This document shows, piece after piece, positions 1-8,201 of a stretch of DNA of 64,000 bases. Within the stretch, counting starts at the first letter, position 1; every line of letters begins with the position of its first letter. Both the position numbers and the translations under genes were made by a program. The stretch is from a virus: IMG/VR virus record IMGVR_UViG_3300045988_184227; one strand, given 5' to 3'. Under the pieces are notes generated by a model, which did no database searches, was not told the origin of the DNA, and saw nothing but the letters and a program-made list of their open reading frames with translations.

Positions 1-331
1 TAGTTGCCAACTTTACAAGCAAAGCTTGACGGTAATGGTATCACCGTTGGTTTAACGTTACCTAACGAAACAGTTTAGTTGTCCTATTTAGGACGGTTAA
101 AGGAGCGTACCCTTTAACCCTTACAGTCGCCAACTGTAAATTTTCTCTAAAATGTCTCAACTTCGTTTTACCCAACGAACGTTTTGCTAATAGTGTAATT
201 TCCGTGGAGACTTCGGGTACGTATTACAAAATTAGCACGGCTATTATGTATTTCCCCCGCAATAATAGTTATTAGATTGGTTTAAAACCAATCTCAAATA
301 CCACTTCCTTAACGAATAAGGCTTTGGGCTA

Positions 332-405
332 TCGAAGTTAAAGGATTTGAACCTCTGACCCTCCGCTTATCAAGCGAACGCTCTACCAGACTGAGCTAAA
401 CTTCG
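332..405 (-). tRNA. tRNA-Ile (anticodon GAU)
   Basis: Minus-strand cloverleaf. T-loop GGTTCAAATCC. Acceptor CGAAGTT/AACTTCG. Anticodon loop TTGATAA. Confidence 0.8.
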
Positions 406-450
406 TTTGTTGTTTCGGTTTGAACCGAAACAAATAGTTAATTACTAGGA

Positions 451-714
451 TTAATCATCCCAATAATCGTTCCAGTAATAATCGTCCCAATCATCATCAG
501 AACAGGTGCAACCACAACAGGTGCAACAGCCACAGTCGTAACTATCGCTCCAGTAATCGTCGTCATCATCCTGATCACCATCGTCGTCAGTATCATCATC
601 ATAAATAGGCTCGAAAGTTTCATCGTCCGGATCGAACGAATAATTACAACCACAAAATTCTGATGTACCGCATTCAAGACAAATTTCGTCTTTATCATTT
701 TCAAAATTATTCAA
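451..714 (-). CDS. Small, very acidic Cys/Asp/Trp/Tyr-rich protein of about 87 aa. The tail reads DCGCCTCCGCTCSDDDWDDYYWNDYWDD.
   Basis: GGAGGTGG lies 8 nt upstream of an in-frame TTG. The composition is extreme. The reading frame overlapping a tRNA was trimmed. Confidence 0.35.
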   Translation of the reverse strand: MNNFENDKDEICLECGTSEFCGCNYSFDPDDETFEPIYDDDTDDDGDQDDDDDYWSDSYDCGCCTCCGCTCSDDDWDDYYWNDYWDD

Positions 715-765
715 TATATCCACCTCCAATATATTAACACAATGATGGATATTGAAATATTGAAA

Positions 766-839
766 TCGGGAATGTGGGGTTCGAACCCACAACCTTTTGC
801 GTATGAGGCAAGTGCTCCACCAATTGAGCTAACTCCCAA
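766..839 (-). tRNA. tRNA-Met/fMet/Ile2 (anticodon CAU), copy 1
   Basis: T-loop GGTTCGAACCC. Anticodon loop CTCATAC. 1-72 U.G wobble. Confidence 0.75.
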
Positions 840-1172
840 AGTTGTAGCCGGAAGGTATTGCGCCCCACCTTCACACTTTTCACAGCCGCTCCGCAGCCAT
901 ACTACAATATATTCTTTGATAAACTATTTCTAGCATTACCAAAAAGATAAGCAGACGCCACCCTGCTTCAAGTGGCCGTTCTCTCGGTTATCCAATCCCA
1001 TAAGGATCCGAGCGTCTTGGCATTAGGCGGATTTATTGATTCAAGATTTTCACTTTTGGGCGCCCACAAACGCCCCTCTCTGTCGATCTATGGGCTAGAC
1101 CAGCGACCTTTGTTACAACTCTGGTAGATCGCCTAGAGTTTGTTTTTGGCGTGGAACAAACTTAACCAGAAA

Positions 1173-1247
1173 TCGGAGTTACAGGATTCGAACCTACGAC
1201 CCCTCGCTCCCAAAGCGAGTGCTCTCCCAAACTGAGCTAAACTCCGT
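1173..1247 (-). tRNA. tRNA-Pro (UGG)
   Basis: Acceptor CGGAGTT/AACTCCG. Anticodon loop TTTGGGA. T-loop GGTTCGAATCC. Confidence 0.85.
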
Positions 1248-1268
1248 AAAATTTTTATTGACTATATA

Positions 1269-1700
1269 TCAAAGATCCTTTAAGTCATAAGAAATATTGC
1301 TTCTAAAACCATAAATATATTTTTTGTTATTTTTCCAAAAATTGTTATCGAAACTTTTCTTAATCAGATCATTCAATTTGTAATCAAGATATTCAACAAT
1401 GAGGTTATCTAAGACAGATAATTCATCTGTATATTCGAATTTGCCAATGATTGGTGCAGATCTAAAAATTTTAAATCTATCATAATGACCTTTTGTGCTA
1501 GGGCCGTAAGCCCATACAAGAAACTGATCATCGTAAATTTCTCTTAAAGTTTTGTAAGATAATATATCTTTATCTCGAGATTCCTTCAAAACAAAGTACA
1601 TAACTTTTTGAAGTTTTAAATTATTTATAGATTTTTGATTTTTTTGAGCTACTGATAAAATATGATCAGCTAACAAATTCATTGACATTTTCATAATCAA
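1269..1700 (-). CDS. Panacea/DUF4065-domain protein (GepA/SocA-antitoxin-like)
   Basis: Contains the LKLQKVMYF...WAYGPS motif typical of DUF4065. The CTGAATTTATTTCAG palindrome sits in its leader. It is embedded between tRNA-Pro and tRNA-Ala. Confidence 0.5.
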   Translation of the reverse strand: MIMKMSMNLLADHILSVAQKNQKSINNLKLQKVMYFVLKESRDKDILSYKTLREIYDDQFLVWAYGPSTKGHYDRFKIFRSAPIIGKFEYTDELSVLDNLIVEYLDYKLNDLIKKSFDNNFWKNNKKYIYGFRSNISYDLKDL

Positions 1701-1769
1701 ATAAACCCATTGAAATACTTTCTATCTGAAATAAATTCAGCATTTTTATTTTCTGTTTTTATTTCAGAA

Positions 1770-1843
1770 TGGAGCTTACAGGGTTCGAACCTGCGACCTT
1801 TTGCGTGCAAGGCAAACGCTCTCCCAATTGAGCTAAAGCCCCA
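1770..1843 (-). tRNA. tRNA-Ala (UGC)
   Basis: 5' GGGGCTT with G3.U70. Anticodon loop CTTGCAC. T-loop GGTTCGAACCC. Confidence 0.85.
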
Positions 1844-1998
1844 ACTAGAGTTCACCAAACTCTGCGATCCGACGGATACCTACTAAAAAGTAGGGATTCT
1901 GGTGTTTACACCTATCTTCTATTAGCTCCGGAACAGCTTTGGGCGAATGCCCTGTTATTTTTAAAGAGGATAGAATCCCCGGGTAAATAACTGACCCA

Positions 1999-2072
1999 AT
2001 GGACCTTGCAGGACTTGAACCTACGACCACTCGGTTATGAGCCGAGAGCTCTGACCAACTGAGCTAAAGGTC
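1999..2072 (-). tRNA. tRNA-Met (CAU), copy 2
   Basis: Acceptor GGACCTT/AAGGTCC. Anticodon loop CTCATAA. T-loop GGTTCAAGTCC. Confidence 0.8.
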
Positions 2073-2195
2073 CTTTTATCAGAGGAACGTTTTACTTCGT
2101 TGTAACAAATTTGTGATACGTACTGTTGTTAGGCTTTCTTGCCCGCACCACACAATTTATCTTAACCAACAAAACCATTCCTCTTGTAACATCTT

Positions 2196-2269
2196 ATAGC
2201 CTCTACCGGGTTCGAACCGATGACTTCTTCCTTGTAAGGGAAGCACTCTCCCAACTGAGTTAAGAGGCT
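2196..2269 (-). tRNA. tRNA-Val (UAC)
   Basis: Acceptor AGCCTCT/AGAGGCT. Anticodon loop CTTACAA. T-loop GGTTCGAACCC. Confidence 0.8.
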
Positions 2270-2441
2270 ATTTTTGTATGAATGATACCCCTTTGCAGAC
2301 TAACCAATGTCTGCTAGTTAGGTATCACTCTTACATAAAAGGTTAGCTAATACCGAAGAAGTATTAGTTATGACTTACTACACCTATTCGAAATAGTAAG
2401 CCGAGTTGCATTGAATTATTTCAAATGCAATCTTTTCGACA

Positions 2442-2515
2442 ATGGATCTTGTAGGGCTCGAACCTACGACCCACAGATTAAGAGTCTGTTGCTCTGCCAA
2501 CTGAGCTAAAGATCC
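2442..2515 (-). tRNA. tRNA-Lys (CUU)
   Basis: Acceptor GGATCTT/AAGATCC. Anticodon stem ACAGA/TCTGT with loop CTCTTAA. T-loop GGTTCGAGCCC. Confidence 0.75.
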
Positions 2516-2560
2516 AAATATCAACTTGGTCATTTTAATATTTTTATTTTCAATAAACCT

Positions 2561-2589
2561 ATTATAGCGCATTAATATTCAGATGTCAA
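2561..2589 (-). promoter_or_regulatory. Sigma-70-like promoter (TTGACA, 17 bp, TATAAT) for tRNA transcription, with an upstream A-tract UP-like element
   Basis: Minus-strand reading is TTGACATCTGAATATTAATGCGCTATAAT. It is preceded by AAAAAAATAAAAAAAC and GTTATAATAGTTTA, as in the second copy at 6086-6160. Confidence 0.7.
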
Positions 2590-2645
2590 CTAGTAAATCA
2601 ATGTTTTTTTATTTTTTTATCTATAAACTATTATAACATCAAATT

Positions 2646-2672
2646 CAAATAAAAAAGGGGACGTTAATCCCC
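2646..2672 (-). terminator. Rho-independent terminator after the SPFH gene
   Basis: GGGGATTAACGTCCCC hairpin followed by a T-run on the minus strand. Confidence 0.7.
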
Positions 2673-2678
2673 TTGATA

Positions 2679-3530
2679 TTATTCTTGTTTTGTGATAACA
2701 CCGTTAGCGCCATTAACTGTAACCCAACCGTGTTTTTCACGGGCTTCGGCTTCTTTCATCCGAATAAGGTTATCCGTGATAGAGTCTGACTTAATCTTAT
2801 TAGATTTAGCTTCCCCTTCAGCTTTGATGATTGCTGTATCAGCTTCAGCTTGAGCTTGAACTTTTTTAGTTTCAGCCTCAACCTTAGATTTCTCCTGCTC
2901 TTGTTTAGCAGTGTCGATTTCTTTTTGTTTAACCGACTCATTCTTAATAGCAGCTTCGATTTCATCACCAGCGTCCTGATCCGTAATCGTGAATGATACG
3001 AACTCAAGACTATAAGACTCGAATTTTTCTTTCAAAGCCTTGTCAATTGCCTCGTAAACTTCTGTACGTTTAGCACCGAGGATATCGTAGATATCATAGT
3101 TACCAGTTACAGATTCGATAGCACGTTGAACTGCTGGCGAAATGACATTATTATTAACGTTCTCAAGATCTGTATAGTTTGAGAATACTGTCATAGCTTT
3201 CTCTTTGTTGATCTTGTACTTAACGTCAATGTTAGTGTTAAGCCACTGACCATCCTTAGTTTGAGTGGTCAATTTCTCCATTGTTTTTGTCTGAACTGAC
3301 GTTGGCAATGTATACACCTTGTCGGCGAACGGAACCAAGAAATGATATCCGGTTTGGAGAGTTGTCTCCTGAACGCCACTAAAGGCGCTAACCTTAACTC
3401 CAACTGTGTTAGCCGGGATACGTTTTACAGCTGTAACACGTACAAGCACTGCCCCCAAAAAAGCAAGAAAAAGAATAATGGCGATTTTCACACCTTTGGA
3501 AATTTCGAATTTTTTTAAGTCTTCTACCAT
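2679..3530 (-). CDS. SPFH/band-7 (prohibitin/HflC-like) membrane protein
   Basis: N-terminal TM helix, SPFH-like core and an Ala/Glu/Lys-rich coiled-coil tail. The promoter and GAGTCTTTTGACTC palindrome plus SD lie at 3545-3586. Confidence 0.65.
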   Translation of the reverse strand: MVEDLKKFEISKGVKIAIILFLAFLGAVLVRVTAVKRIPANTVGVKVSAFSGVQETTLQTGYHFLVPFADKVYTLPTSVQTKTMEKLTTQTKDGQWLNTNIDVKYKINKEKAMTVFSNYTDLENVNNNVISPAVQRAIESVTGNYDIYDILGAKRTEVYEAIDKALKEKFESYSLEFVSFTITDQDAGDEIEAAIKNESVKQKEIDTAKQEQEKSKVEAETKKVQAQAEADTAIIKAEGEAKSNKIKSDSITDNLIRMKEAEAREKHGWVTVNGANGVITKQE

Positions 3531-3679
3531 ATAAGACTACCTTCTTTCTATGAGTCTTTTGACTCGATTTTTATTTAAATTATAGTAATTTTTATAAATT
3601 TTGGATAATAAAAAAATAAAAGCGATACTGTTATTTATAATTTTATTGAAAAGTTAAAAAATAAGAAAGAAGGTTAATA

Positions 3680-3997
3680 ATGAAAATTAAAGATTTATTA
3701 AAAGATTATCTTTGTGAAAGTTGTGATATCTTAGTTCAATTTGAAATTTATCAATTTGATGATATTTTTGGTTCCTGGGAAGTAGATTTACAAGAAACGT
3801 ACAAACTATCAGAGCTTTTGGGCGATACTGTTAAAAATAGCTTGATTCGTTCCGAAGTACGTGAAATATTAGACTCTAATATCATAGATTACTTTTCAAA
3901 AGATAACTCTGATGATCTTACGATTTGTATCAATGAGAATTTTGAATATTTTGGAAGAGAAGTTCAAGGGATCAAAATTACAAAATATGATAATTAA
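3680..3997 (+). CDS. Hypothetical protein
   Basis: RBS AGAAAGAAGG. TATAATTTTATTGAAAAG motif upstream. Terminator hairpin at 4027-4060. Confidence 0.5.
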   Translation: MKIKDLLKDYLCESCDILVQFEIYQFDDIFGSWEVDLQETYKLSELLGDTVKNSLIRSEVREILDSNIIDYFSKDNSDDLTICINENFEYFGREVQGIKITKYDN

Positions 3998-4658
3998 AAT
4001 CAATAAATAAGTTTTTAAGATAAAAAAAGAGCCCGAAATTATCGGGCTCTTTTATGTTTTTAAGCTACTTCTTCTTCACTCGAAGGAAAACAAAATTTTT
4101 AAACCAAAAATTTCAAAACCCCAACCTATTCCCGCTAACGGGCTGTCTCAATTCAGGAGGTTACCCCCAGCCTATATTATTCACGTTGGTTATAGGCAAC
4201 CCTACCGTTTCGGCTTTAGGAACGGAAAACCCTAGTCCAGTTTCTCTGGCATATCCATCCACCCAAAAGGTACAATGTAAGCTTTTATTACCTGTCGACT
4301 TCCGACTTGCTAAAAGGCTTTTTGTTACATACATTATATTAATCCTTTTCGTGTTTTTAAAGTACGATGGCAACTTTCAAATACCCCAACCCATTTTAGA
4401 GTAATTGAGTTAAACTTCTATCGAAACTTTCCTTTTGAGATAGCAATACTCGGATTATTACGATTAAAATTTTAACTTGTTTTTGGTTTGAATCAAACCG
4501 GGAAACTCCTTTCGGATAAAGCAAATAGAAATTCCTTCTTTGGATTTTTTTTTGCTTTGGAATCAATTATAGATTCTTTTAAAAATGAAAACAAAAAAAA
4601 TCGAAACAAAGTTCGAAAGTTTTTTCGTATCAACAAACTGAAATAAATACAGGTAAAA

Positions 4659-4733
4659 TAGCTCCTACTGGATTTGAACCAGTGACATCTTCCTTGTAAG
4701 AGAAGCGCTCTACCAACTGAGCTAAGAAACTAA
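4659..4733 (-). tRNA. tRNA-Val (UAC), copy 2
   Basis: Anticodon loop CTTACAA. Acceptor has two G.U pairs. T-loop GGTTCAAATCC. Confidence 0.7.
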
Positions 4734-4781
4734 AAAAATACCCCGATGGTCAAAAGAAGGAAAGAATGACCATCAGGGCGA

Positions 4782-4853
4782 CAGACGATACCGGACTTGA
4801 ACCAGTGACATCGGTTTTGGAGACCGACATTTTGCCAGTTAAACTAATCGCCT
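4782..4853 (-). tRNA. tRNA-Trp (CCA)
   Basis: Anticodon stem TCGGT/ACCGA with loop CTCCAAA. Acceptor AGGCGAT/ATCGTCT. T-loop GGTTCAAGTCC. Confidence 0.75.
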
Positions 4854-4892
4854 ATAAAACGGCTCCCAAAAGAAGGAAAGAATGAGAGCCTA

Positions 4893-4966
4893 AAGGGATG
4901 GTGGGAATTGAACCCGACGAATGTAGGCGTGAAAAGCCTATGCCTTAGCCACTTGGCGACACCCCC
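4893..4966 (-). tRNA. tRNA-Glu (UUC) candidate with a weak T-stem
   Basis: Anticodon stem TAGGC/GCCTA with loop TTTTCAC. Acceptor pairs with two G.U. The T-stem has only 3 clean base pairs. Confidence 0.5.
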
Positions 4967-5268
4967 TTAATAATCTCACCAAATAACTACCATCCGCAAC
5001 AAATCAAGGGCTGATAATTTAAATATATAGTGAGAATTTTAGTTTTTATAGGTTTAAAAAACTAAACATTATAATAATTTTTATATCCCCATTAATAAAC
5101 AGTGAAATGGGGAATCGAACCGTCAGTCAAAAATGCGAAAAATAACACAATTGACATTCCCATCTTGAGCCAAATTTCGCAGAAGCTACTATTTGTTTGA
5201 TATACTCATAAATTTTCAGGGCGTGTAGATTTAAGTGGTTCGGCTTTACGGCTGACCTACCACTAAAA

Positions 5269-5341
5269 CGGTGATACGGAGAATCGAACTCCGGTCTCTC
5301 GGTAGACAGCCGAGCGCACTAACCACTGTACTATACCACCA
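5269..5341 (-). tRNA. tRNA-Asp (GUC)
   Basis: Anticodon stem CTCGG/CCGAG with loop CTGTCTA. Acceptor GGTGGTA/TATCACC. T-loop GAGTTCGATTCTC. Confidence 0.8.
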
Positions 5342-5384
5342 TAAACCCGGCAACCAAAAGAAGGAAAGAATGGCTGCGGGCAAC

Positions 5385-5456
5385 CGGGCGGGTAGGACTT
5401 GAACCTACGACACAGGGATCTTCAATCCCCTGCTCTACCAACTGAGCTACCACCCT
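5385..5456 (-). tRNA. tRNA-Phe (GAA)
   Basis: Anticodon loop TTGAAGA. D-arm AGCTCAGTTGGTAGAGC. T-loop GGTTCAAGTCC. Confidence 0.8.
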
Positions 5457-5987
5457 TGAAACACCAGGATGTTTTTCCTACTCGACTTAGCGCTGCAAAC
5501 TATTAAGGTTACACGCTGACTAGGAATGGCCCCGGTTTGCAACTCCGGTTGACCTAGCCTTTTTAAAGCGTGGGAAGTATCAACAACCCCAACTCAAACA
5601 AGCACCACATAATAGATTTTTTTACCCATACGTAAACGTTATATCCAACGTAGATTTTGCCTGAGTGCCTCCGAAAATCTTATAGTTACGTTACCGCAAC
5701 ATCAACTACAATCGCATTGTTCGACACACAACTTTGGTTCCCTAAGTGTCACCTCAGATTCACTGTTGCGGCCAGCTATAGGACGAATCCCGTTCACTGA
5801 CACTTGTTGCGACGATTCGCAGAGCACCTTGTTTTTCGCACCGTCTCGCAAATTATCTCAGCCTGAACCATTTCACCGGTCTCCACTCTGGAACAATAAT
5901 AGTAAAGGTATCCCTATACCACAATTGCAGGTCTTAACAAGATAACCCAGGCACCACTTGCTAAGTGGAATTATGCCCTTTGGTGTA

Positions 5988-6062
5988 TTCGGGGAGTAGG
6001 ATTCGAACCTACGGCCTTTGGAGAATGAGTCCAACGAGCTGACCAGACTGCTCTATCCCCGG
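5988..6062 (-). tRNA. tRNA-Met (CAU), copy 3. It starts with C1-G72.
   Basis: Acceptor CCGGGGA/TCCCCGG. Anticodon loop CTCATTC. T-loop GGTTCGAATCC. Confidence 0.8.
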
Positions 6063-6085
6063 ATAATATTATAAAACTATCAAAT

Positions 6086-6114
6086 AGTATAAACTATTAT
6101 TTGAAATATGTCAA
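6086..6114 (-). promoter_or_regulatory. Sigma-70-like promoter (TTGACA, 17 bp, TATACT) upstream of tRNA-Met copy 3
   Basis: Minus-strand reading is TTGACATATTTCAAATAATAGTTTATACT. It is preceded by AAAAAAATAAAAAAAC and GTTATAATAGTTGAG. Confidence 0.65.
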
Positions 6115-6182
6115 TAGTTTTTTTATTTTTTTCTACTCAACTATTATAACGTATTTTTCTACAAGAAATAGTTGAGAAAAAG

Positions 6183-6272
6183 GATAGGGTGGGATTCGAA
6201 CCCACGGGTGACTTATTAGGCCACTGAACTGCTTTCAAAACAGCCTGCTTTTGACCGCTTGCATACCTATCC
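6183..6272 (-). tRNA. tRNA-Ser (UGA), long variable arm
   Basis: Anticodon loop TTTGAAA. 90 nt long with a long variable arm. T-loop GGTTCGAATCC. Confidence 0.8.
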
Positions 6273-6484
6273 ATTAACGGTGGTTTTATTTGGGATTCGG
6301 TCTCACTTCTCAACCACCAACCAATTTATTTGGCATATTGCACGGAAAACCCAACTTCCCTGTGCGCCAATTTCAGAACCTATGGGCGAACCATTCAACT
6401 AGTATAGTTCTGAAATTAAGATAGAGGGTGCGAGCCCACGACTTTAATAATTAAAGTCTGTTCTTCTAATCGAACATATCCCAG

Positions 6485-6574
6485 ACGGAGCAAGTAGGAT
6501 TCGAACCTACGCACGACATCTCTGCCGCCTAATTGTTTTCGAAACAAGCCTCTTAACCACTTGAGTATTGCTCC
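6485..6574 (-). tRNA. tRNA-Ser (CGA), long variable arm
   Basis: Acceptor GGAGCAA/TTGCTCC. Anticodon loop TTCGAAA. Near-identical backbone to the tRNA at 7937-8026. Confidence 0.7.
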
Positions 6575-6953
6575 TAACTTAAACTCCTAAAACTTTTAAA
6601 TTGCCACGCCCCTCGGCAATTTGGTCAAACCAATTTCACCGGTTTTTTAACGTGGTTGATGACATCCACAGGGCGTATCGCAGACCTAAATCCACGATGA
6701 TAAGTTGTACGGAGTGAGCGTGATCAGGGCTCACTAGACAAACTCGCTTTCACGAGAAACAACCTTTCATTATTGACGATCTTGGGCACGTAGTCGCAAC
6801 TGAAACAATCACGTAACTTCGGGGTTGATAGTCCCTACTGAAATTATTTCAGCTGAGTTGGAACTTTTACAGTTCCAGTAAAAGGGTGAGGATGATCAGC
6901 TCTCACTAGGAAAACTCGTTTGCACGAGAAACAATAATCGATCATCAATAATG

Positions 6954-7026
6954 AAGCGCAGTACGGGAATCGAACCCGTGTCATCAGTTTGGAAGACTGA
7001 GGTTTTACCATTAAACTAACCACGCA
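6954..7026 (-). tRNA. tRNA-Gly (UCC)
   Basis: Anticodon stem TCAGT/ACTGA with loop CTTCCAA. T-loop GGTTCGATTCC. Confidence 0.8.
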
Positions 7027-7139
7027 GATCGCTGTCGTCACAGCGTTATCAAAATTTTTATACAATCATTAGGATAAAAATTTTCAGCAACTACAACTCT
7101 TTCAAGCTGAGTAGTTAACGTGAGCTGAAACATATCCTA

Positions 7140-7220
7140 TCCCCAGCGCAGGACTTGAACCTGCACGATAAAAATCGCAGAGGCTTAAACTCTGTGTGTC
7201 TGCCATTCCACCAGCCAGGG
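7140..7220 (-). tRNA. tRNA-Leu (UAA), long variable arm
   Basis: Anticodon stem CAGAG/CTCTG with loop TTTAAGC. Variable arm CGAT/ATCG. T-loop GGTTCAAGTCC. Confidence 0.75.
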
Positions 7221-7222
7221 TA

Positions 7223-7297
7223 CTGAGAGAGTGGGACTCGAACCCACAGCCTTCCGGTTAACAGCCGGGCGCTCCACCATTGAGCTATCCCCCATCA
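7223..7297 (-). tRNA. tRNA-Asn (GUU)
   Basis: Anticodon stem CCGG/CCGG with loop CTGTTAA. T-loop GGTTCGAGTCC. Confidence 0.75.
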
Positions 7298-7305
7298 GTA
7301 TGAAA

Positions 7306-7390
7306 ATGGAAGCGGTAGGATTCGAACCTACGAACTCGAAAGAGAGCAGGGTTACAGCCTGCCGTGTTTAACCAGCTTCACTACACTTCC
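7306..7390 (-). tRNA. tRNA-Tyr (GUA), long variable arm
   Basis: Acceptor GGAAGTG/CGCTTCC. Anticodon stem GCAGG/CCTGC with loop CTGTAAC. Confidence 0.8.
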
Positions 7391-7441
7391 AAAATATTCT
7401 TTTACTATTATAGCACTTTTTTTATCAAATGCAAGATAGTA

Positions 7442-7516
7442 ATTCTCAGAACAGGGTTCGAACCTGTGCGTTACTGGATTCAAAGTCCAGTGCCTTACCA
7501 ACTTGGCTATCTGAGA
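7442..7516 (-). tRNA. tRNA-Gln (UUG)
   Basis: U1-A72 acceptor TCTCAGA/TCTGAGA. Anticodon loop CTTTGAA. T-loop GGTTCGAACCC. Confidence 0.85.
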
Positions 7517-7520
7517 TTAA

Positions 7521-7595
7521 ACGCACCCTGAAGGAATTGAACCCACAACCTTTCGGTTCGTAGCCGAACGCTCTATCCTGTTGAGCTAAGAGTGC
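7521..7595 (-). tRNA. tRNA-Arg (ACG)
   Basis: Anticodon stem TTCGG/CCGAA with loop CTACGAA. Acceptor GCACTCT/AGGGTGC. Confidence 0.75.
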
Positions 7596-7634
7596 TTATA
7601 TATTTTATTATACATCTTTTTATAAGAAGAGTAG

Positions 7635-7710
7635 GGCGATCGACAGGACTCGAACCTGCAATAGACGGATTCACAGTCCGTTGCGTTTTTCCGTTTTCGC
7701 CACGAACGCC
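7635..7710 (-). tRNA. tRNA-His (GUG) with genome-encoded G-1
   Basis: Anticodon stem ACGGA/TCCGT with loop CTGTGAA. An extra 5' G pairs with discriminator C73. Confidence 0.75.
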
Positions 7711-7936
7711 AAAATGATTTTGAAATTTGTGTGGAGTACGATTCCACGATGTTCCCGGCGATCACTCTAGTATGATCTCTATCGATTCATCCAAACGGGA
7801 ACTGTCACCAAGTAAGCGAAGATGAATTTCACATACATCTCAACCAAAAATTTCAAAAAATATACGTCGGAGTCCGCAGTTGCAACCGTAAGCGGATACT
7901 CCAGTAACCCCTCGATCACTGTCCACGATTTCGGAC

Positions 7937-8026
7937 TACGGAGAGAATAGGATTCGAACCTACGCACGACATTTCTGCCGCCTATATGTTTTCCAAACAT
8001 ACCTCTTAACCACTTGAGTACCTCTC
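7937..8026 (-). tRNA. tRNA-Ser (GGA), long variable arm
   Basis: Acceptor GGAGAGG/TCTCTCC. Anticodon stem TATGT/ACATA with loop TTGGAAA. Confidence 0.75.
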
Positions 8027-8201
8027 CAAAGTAAAGGTTTGCCACATCACTATATACTATTATATAGCAATATAATCCGTGGCAAACCCTTTAAAATAAT
8101 GCAAGCTATAAAAATTCAAAAATGCAATTATCAATTTGCCGTTTGACAATAACAAGTCTATCACAATATTTTTAGCTTGTCAATACTTTTTTAAAAATTT
8201 T

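Noticed and set aside
742-933. ORFs overlapping tRNA genes or tRNA spacers. The listed span is 742-933 on the plus strand. Also 1845-2030, 2384-2572, 6844-7065 and 7779-8045, all on the minus strand.
   Set aside because: They are read across tRNA cloverleaves or GC-rich structured spacers. No RBS is present. They are stable-RNA sequence translated by chance.
4054-4404. Two mutually overlapping ORFs on opposite strands in the 4.06-4.65 kb GC-rich region. They are 4054-4404 on the plus strand and 4161-4373 on the minus strand.
   Set aside because: Low-complexity translations with no RBS and mutual overlap. The region is better explained as non-coding RNA.
5103-5180. tRNA-like sequence with T-loop GGTTCGATTCC and a roughly pairing acceptor stem.
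   Set aside because: The T-stem has only 2-3 base pairs. No convincing D-arm or anticodon arm could be folded. It is likely a degenerate tRNA remnant or part of another RNA, so it is not reported as a tRNA.
5461-5990. 530-nt GC-rich gap in the tRNA array, considered as RNase P RNA or tmRNA.
   Set aside because: The GGAAAGTCC/ACAGAA RNase P P4 signatures are not present on either strand. There is no tRNA-like 3' end and no tag ORF for tmRNA. The identity is left open. It is flagged only as candidate structured RNA within the tRNA-array finding.
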